Source: Azolla caroliniana
Taxonomy: Eukaryota > Plantae > Polypodiophyta
Length of the DNA: 64,000 nucleotides
NCBI GenBank assembly: GCA_043228905.1
Contig: JBHGNT010000014.1
Location: 8,494,001 to 8,558,000, forward strand
Direction: 5' to 3'
The position numbers and the translations under genes are program-made. Shown one piece after another: positions 59,569 to 64,000 of this stretch (within the stretch, counting starts at the first letter, position 1; the number at the start of each line of letters is the position of its first letter). Under the pieces are notes generated by a model. It saw only the letters and a list, made by a program, of their open reading frames with translations, had not been told where the DNA came from and did no database searches.

Positions 59569-62500
59569 TTGTCCGTGTTGTTTGTTGTGCATATTCACCG
59601 ACATGTCCTCACTTGCTTCCGCGCATTATTACCCACAATATTCCATTATCATCAATATGTACTTATTACCTCATCATGCGCTCATGGTGCCTAACTATTA
59701 CACATGGCGGTTGTATAAGCTGCCTTTGTTACTTTGGCTTTCCTTCGTACATCTCCAGGTTTTATTCCTACACGCAAAATTTCACTCCCCTTTGTCCCAT
59801 GTACGCGCATAATATTATACTACATCTTAATTTCATTGCCGAAAGCATACAAGAAAAGCCAGGTATATATGAGAACCAACTCCTTGTTGTTTTCGCAGCC
59901 ATAGGAACTGCTATGAATTCATGAGATTGCCCTAGGTATAAAGCACCGAGGAGTTGGATAGTTACTCATCCCATCACACAACTCAAGCAGTTGCATGGAC
60001 TATGCACATGACGCATCGAGTGGACACTCCACAATATAGATATCGAAATTATAAATTTCACTAAATTTCACGAATTGAGTAAATACAAATGTGATTATCT
60101 CAACTTTGTTGCATGTAGTGGTTTGAACGGGAAATAGATAATGAAAATAGAGATATAAGATTTGAGGGTAGAGCTTCGGAGGGATACGTGAGTTACAGTT
60201 TAGTGAACCAATGAGATGGCTTTGTTGCCTCTTGTCTTCAATGGTTTGGAACGCCCTTTTGATTTGCTATTCCAAGCTCATTCAAGATTTAGAAGCACTT
60301 CCTCCTTCACCTCAAATTGTCCATCTTTTTATACATCTAGTTGTTTCCCCGTGTGCACTCCCCACATCACAACATACCCTAAACAACTTGACCTCAACAA
60401 AACTAAATGGCTCGCCAAAATCCAAGGCTTATCCACTATTGACAAAAGGCATAAGAAATCTTCAAAATCTATAAGGCCAAGTACATCTTTAGACAATACG
60501 TGGTAGCATGGACCATCATTGAGGTTTAGGGATCTTCTCAAATCTTTTGCTTGAGGTTGGTCAAGACAAACAATGTCATAAAAGTGAACAACAAGTAAAG
60601 TAGGGAAACCTTTGAGCATATAACATGACCTAAACATTTGGGTATATTGATAGTTGGTGTCTAATCGTGACTATTCAATCCTTGGATATTAGAGATTCTC
60701 CAACATTACAATTTCACAAACATAGAAAAAACTTGCTTTAGTGACTAGAGAATGACTAAAAACATGCATCCAAAGATTGTGCACTCATTAGGTGCAAGGA
60801 TGTTAAGTATGTCTCATCCACTTCACTTCCCACTCCTTTCAAACGATGTGACATTAGGACACAAGTCTTGAGGCAAGGAAAAGGAAGCAAAAAGCAAAAA
60901 GAAAGAGAAGATCTAATGGCCACAATAGTGTAAAAAGGCCAAAATAATGTGGGCATAGTTGATTTTCTATTTCTTGTGATGTTAATTGAGCTTCTCATAA
61001 GAAATTTACTTGTGTATATTTGAGTTCCATCACAAATCAATCTAAGGATTATTAATCTATAGGATCCTTATCATGGTCTTAACATCTTTCAAATGTGATC
61101 AAAGAACACTCTAAAGAGCTTGTTATTTAAAAAAGTGATTGCAAGTAGGAAAACAAAAGTAAAAACAAGTTCTAATTTATTGTTAATCCAATGATTTCAA
61201 TGCCTTACATATAGGTTGAATGATCTAGTAGGTTTAATTTCTTCTTGTTAGAATTGAAATCAATTTCGACTCTTTGTTCATGAAAACCTTAATTGCAAAG
61301 CCATGTTAATATGCATGCTATAGTCAACATATCTATATTAGACAAGGTGCTTTAGATTTAAATCCACGACCTTGATCTACTTAAACATTAGATTTACCAT
61401 CATGTAATGAACTCACATGGTTTATTAACCATGTAATGATCTGCTCAAACTCTAATGGATGTATGGAAATATAAAGAAAATGGGCACATTTTTTGAAATG
61501 ATGGTGAATTGTGATGAGTAAAAAAAGTAAGGGAGCTTGTATAGCTTCCTTCCTTTGGGGGAGGCTGAGTGAGACTAAAGTGTTTAATTATAACATTAAT
61601 GTAGTATCCACGTAAAAAGGAAAGTGTGCACCCTTAGCTTTTACAACAATAATGAATGGTGTACACTCAAACTATGGTGTACAACTAACGCGTACGACAT
61701 CAAACATAAAAATGAGTCGCCCCCATCTTTTACAAAATATGAATAGTATAGCGTCAAAATGTGGACAAAAGGATAGAAACGAATCAACTAGGTAGACAAC
61801 GACCATTATCGAATTTGATGTAGGGTTTTGCCTCTCTATGAAATAACAAGTGGAATAAGACAAAAGAAAAGAGGAATTCCTTGTGATAAAACAAATAATA
61901 TGGGCTTTTGAAGTTCAAGTAAACTTAATAAAGTTGAGGTTGCAAGAATTCATTATCTTGACAATTTAACTTGTCGATAGTTGTAAGAATATTCATGCAG
62001 GAACAAATGATACTTTGACCATTAAAAGGTGAGACCATCGAAAGCCAAGAAATAAACGAGAACGAAACATTATCTTATTTTATTGTCATGTTTAGGCTTA
62101 TTTTTATGGTTCTTTCTTTTGTTGGTGATTCGCCACATTTCTATCTTTTGTCACATTTCCATTTGATGCCTTGTAGGTGAAATTATCATAACCATTGGAA
62201 ATCACAATCATATATATAGTTTCTTGTTGTATAATCAATAAAATACTTCATATATTTATTTAGAGAGAGAGATGTAAATCGATTGTTTGGTTGTTTGATG
62301 TAGACCGGAGAACATCAATTATGGTGGTTTGCAATTTGAAAAGGTATAACATCATGATAAAAAAAACATGCACTATATGTACATACGTAACATCAAAACA
62401 AAAACAGTTACCAAATGGCCATGTACTTCTTAGATAGGAATAATGAAGTGGGCAATAGCATTTTGAATAAGAGGTTGAAGTGTTGTCCCAAATTTTTGTA

Positions 62501-62977
62501 GCATCTATGGTAGCAAACCCATGCACTATAGATAACATACAAAAGCATTTTAACAATTCAACAGAAACCAATAGCAAGAGTACCATGGGTGAAGCTATGA
62601 ATAATAAAAAGGATGCAAGAGAGGATATTCATGGATTTGCTCAAGATTTAAACATTACTTGTGAGGCCAAAGTGAAACATTTTCATGTTAGGATGTGAGG
62701 AGTCGACGAATGATTCTTAATGTTCATAAGGGTTTTTGCAAATGAACCTCCAATGGAGAGCCACATTGTCATTCAAGGAGAAATGTATGTATGGATAAGT
62801 TGAAAATATGGGGAAAACAAGCACAAATTTTTATCAAAAGATGGAGCAGTGTCATAGAATGTGATATTCAACTAGCAAACTTGCTCAATGACAAAATATA
62901 CATGATCTACATTAATGCTCTGTCTCATATTGGAAAGAGCATAAGTTTAGTTGTATAGAAACAAGTCATGGGCAAAC

Positions 62978-64000
62978 ATTATTATTATTATTATTATTAT
63001 TATTATCCAAAAAAAACTCTTTCCATTAGTTATAAAGATTTTACAGATGAGATTATTATATACAAATCCCTATAGAGACACGATAGGTCCATCTTATGTG
63101 GATGCCCACTGCCTCAAGAAAGGGAGAGGACGACCATTGTTGGATAAAGGCTAGTCGTTGTCTTTCAACTCTATCGGAGTCGCCCTTGAGGCCATCATAT
63201 TGGCTCTTTAGAGTCGCTACAGCTTCACTCCATATCTCTTGCATTAACATTATTGGTTGCGTGCTTTGGTTGGAGAAGACTTGTCTACACCGTTGTTTCC
63301 ATAGAATCCAAAGAGTTATTGGGATGACCAAGTCCAACACAACTTGAGATTTGGCACTAATAGGAGTTGAGTGGATATTGCCGATGGTGGAGAAAAAAAT
63401 CTCTTATGTTTTTATAACCAAAGTCATCCCCTCTTCCTGATGCTCATAACTGTCAATTGGGGCCTGCCATGATAGCCAACATACATTCCCCTTCTTGATT
63501 GAGCCTTGCACCTGGCATAATCGCAATAAGCAGCCAACCCCCCACCATATTCGATGGGACTCTGGGCAGTCCCATAGAACCCGTCGTATGGATTCTAATA
63601 CAGTTGGACACGCTACACAATTAGGAGAGTTGAGGTTTCCACACTGCCATGCACCAACCGGTAGTGACTTATGTATTAATAGCCATTGGAAAGTGGTGAT
63701 TTGCCTCACGTGTTGTTGTTTCCAGAGTTTTTGCTAAAGCTTGGTGATAATTGTGTAAGGAACATGATATGTGTGCCAAACCTTTGCAGCAGCTGGCTCT
63801 TGGGCGGATTGAGTGGCTATAATATGGCGACCCAATCTAGTTGTGAATTGAAAGAAAGGGATAGGTTTGCTTCCTTGCCCCGCGTAATGATCACACCATG
63901 TTCATTGCAAAGGGTCCCAACTGACCTTACGTAGCCATGTGTTTTCATGAGTACATATGTGCCAATCATGTTGTACTTTGATCAGATCAGGATCTACAAT
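62978..64000 (-). mobile_element. 3' end of L1-type LINE (zf-RVT region) with (TAA)n tail
   Basis: FQWLLIHKSLPVG..CVAC..ESIRRVLWDC..W and LWILWKQRCRQVF; (ATT)n at 62978-63006 on the plus strand. Confidence 0.8.

Noticed and set aside
59570-62970. Host protein-coding gene in the AT-rich tail
   Set aside because: Only short ORFs without recognisable motifs or convincing exon structure. Small exons cannot be excluded.

Overview
Eukaryotic repeat-rich DNA, inferred to be from a land plant and probably a non-seed plant (Tcn1-type chromovirus, decay by CG/CHG C-to-T changes). No convincing host gene was found. The window is a stack of nested, mostly decayed transposons: two related non-chromovirus Ty3/gypsy elements with a long extra 3' ORF (1-2399 partial; 3259-12800 complete, TSD GGATC); a fragmented Tcn1-like chromovirus host; a 3.9-kb TIR DNA element with an array of palindromes; several Ty1/copia copies; three members of a tRNA-Trp-primed gypsy family; and an L1-type LINE 3' end. 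Two systems stand out. (1) Both extra-ORF gypsy elements lack a polypurine tract. In its place, 2 nt before the 3' LTR, sits a covarying tRNA-3'-end-like structure ending in CCA that is complementary to the element's own PBS. This suggests a non-PPT route to plus-strand priming or self-priming. (2) An endonuclease-less Penelope-like retroelement (40778-59334, minus strand), split by a 13.3-kb copia/gypsy nest. It has a hammerhead ribozyme in its 3' pseudo-LTR, an inverted pLTR copy starting at the predicted ribozyme cut site, and an ORF1-to-RT -1 frameshift signal visible only after the nested insertion is removed. All calls were made by eye; no database searches were run.
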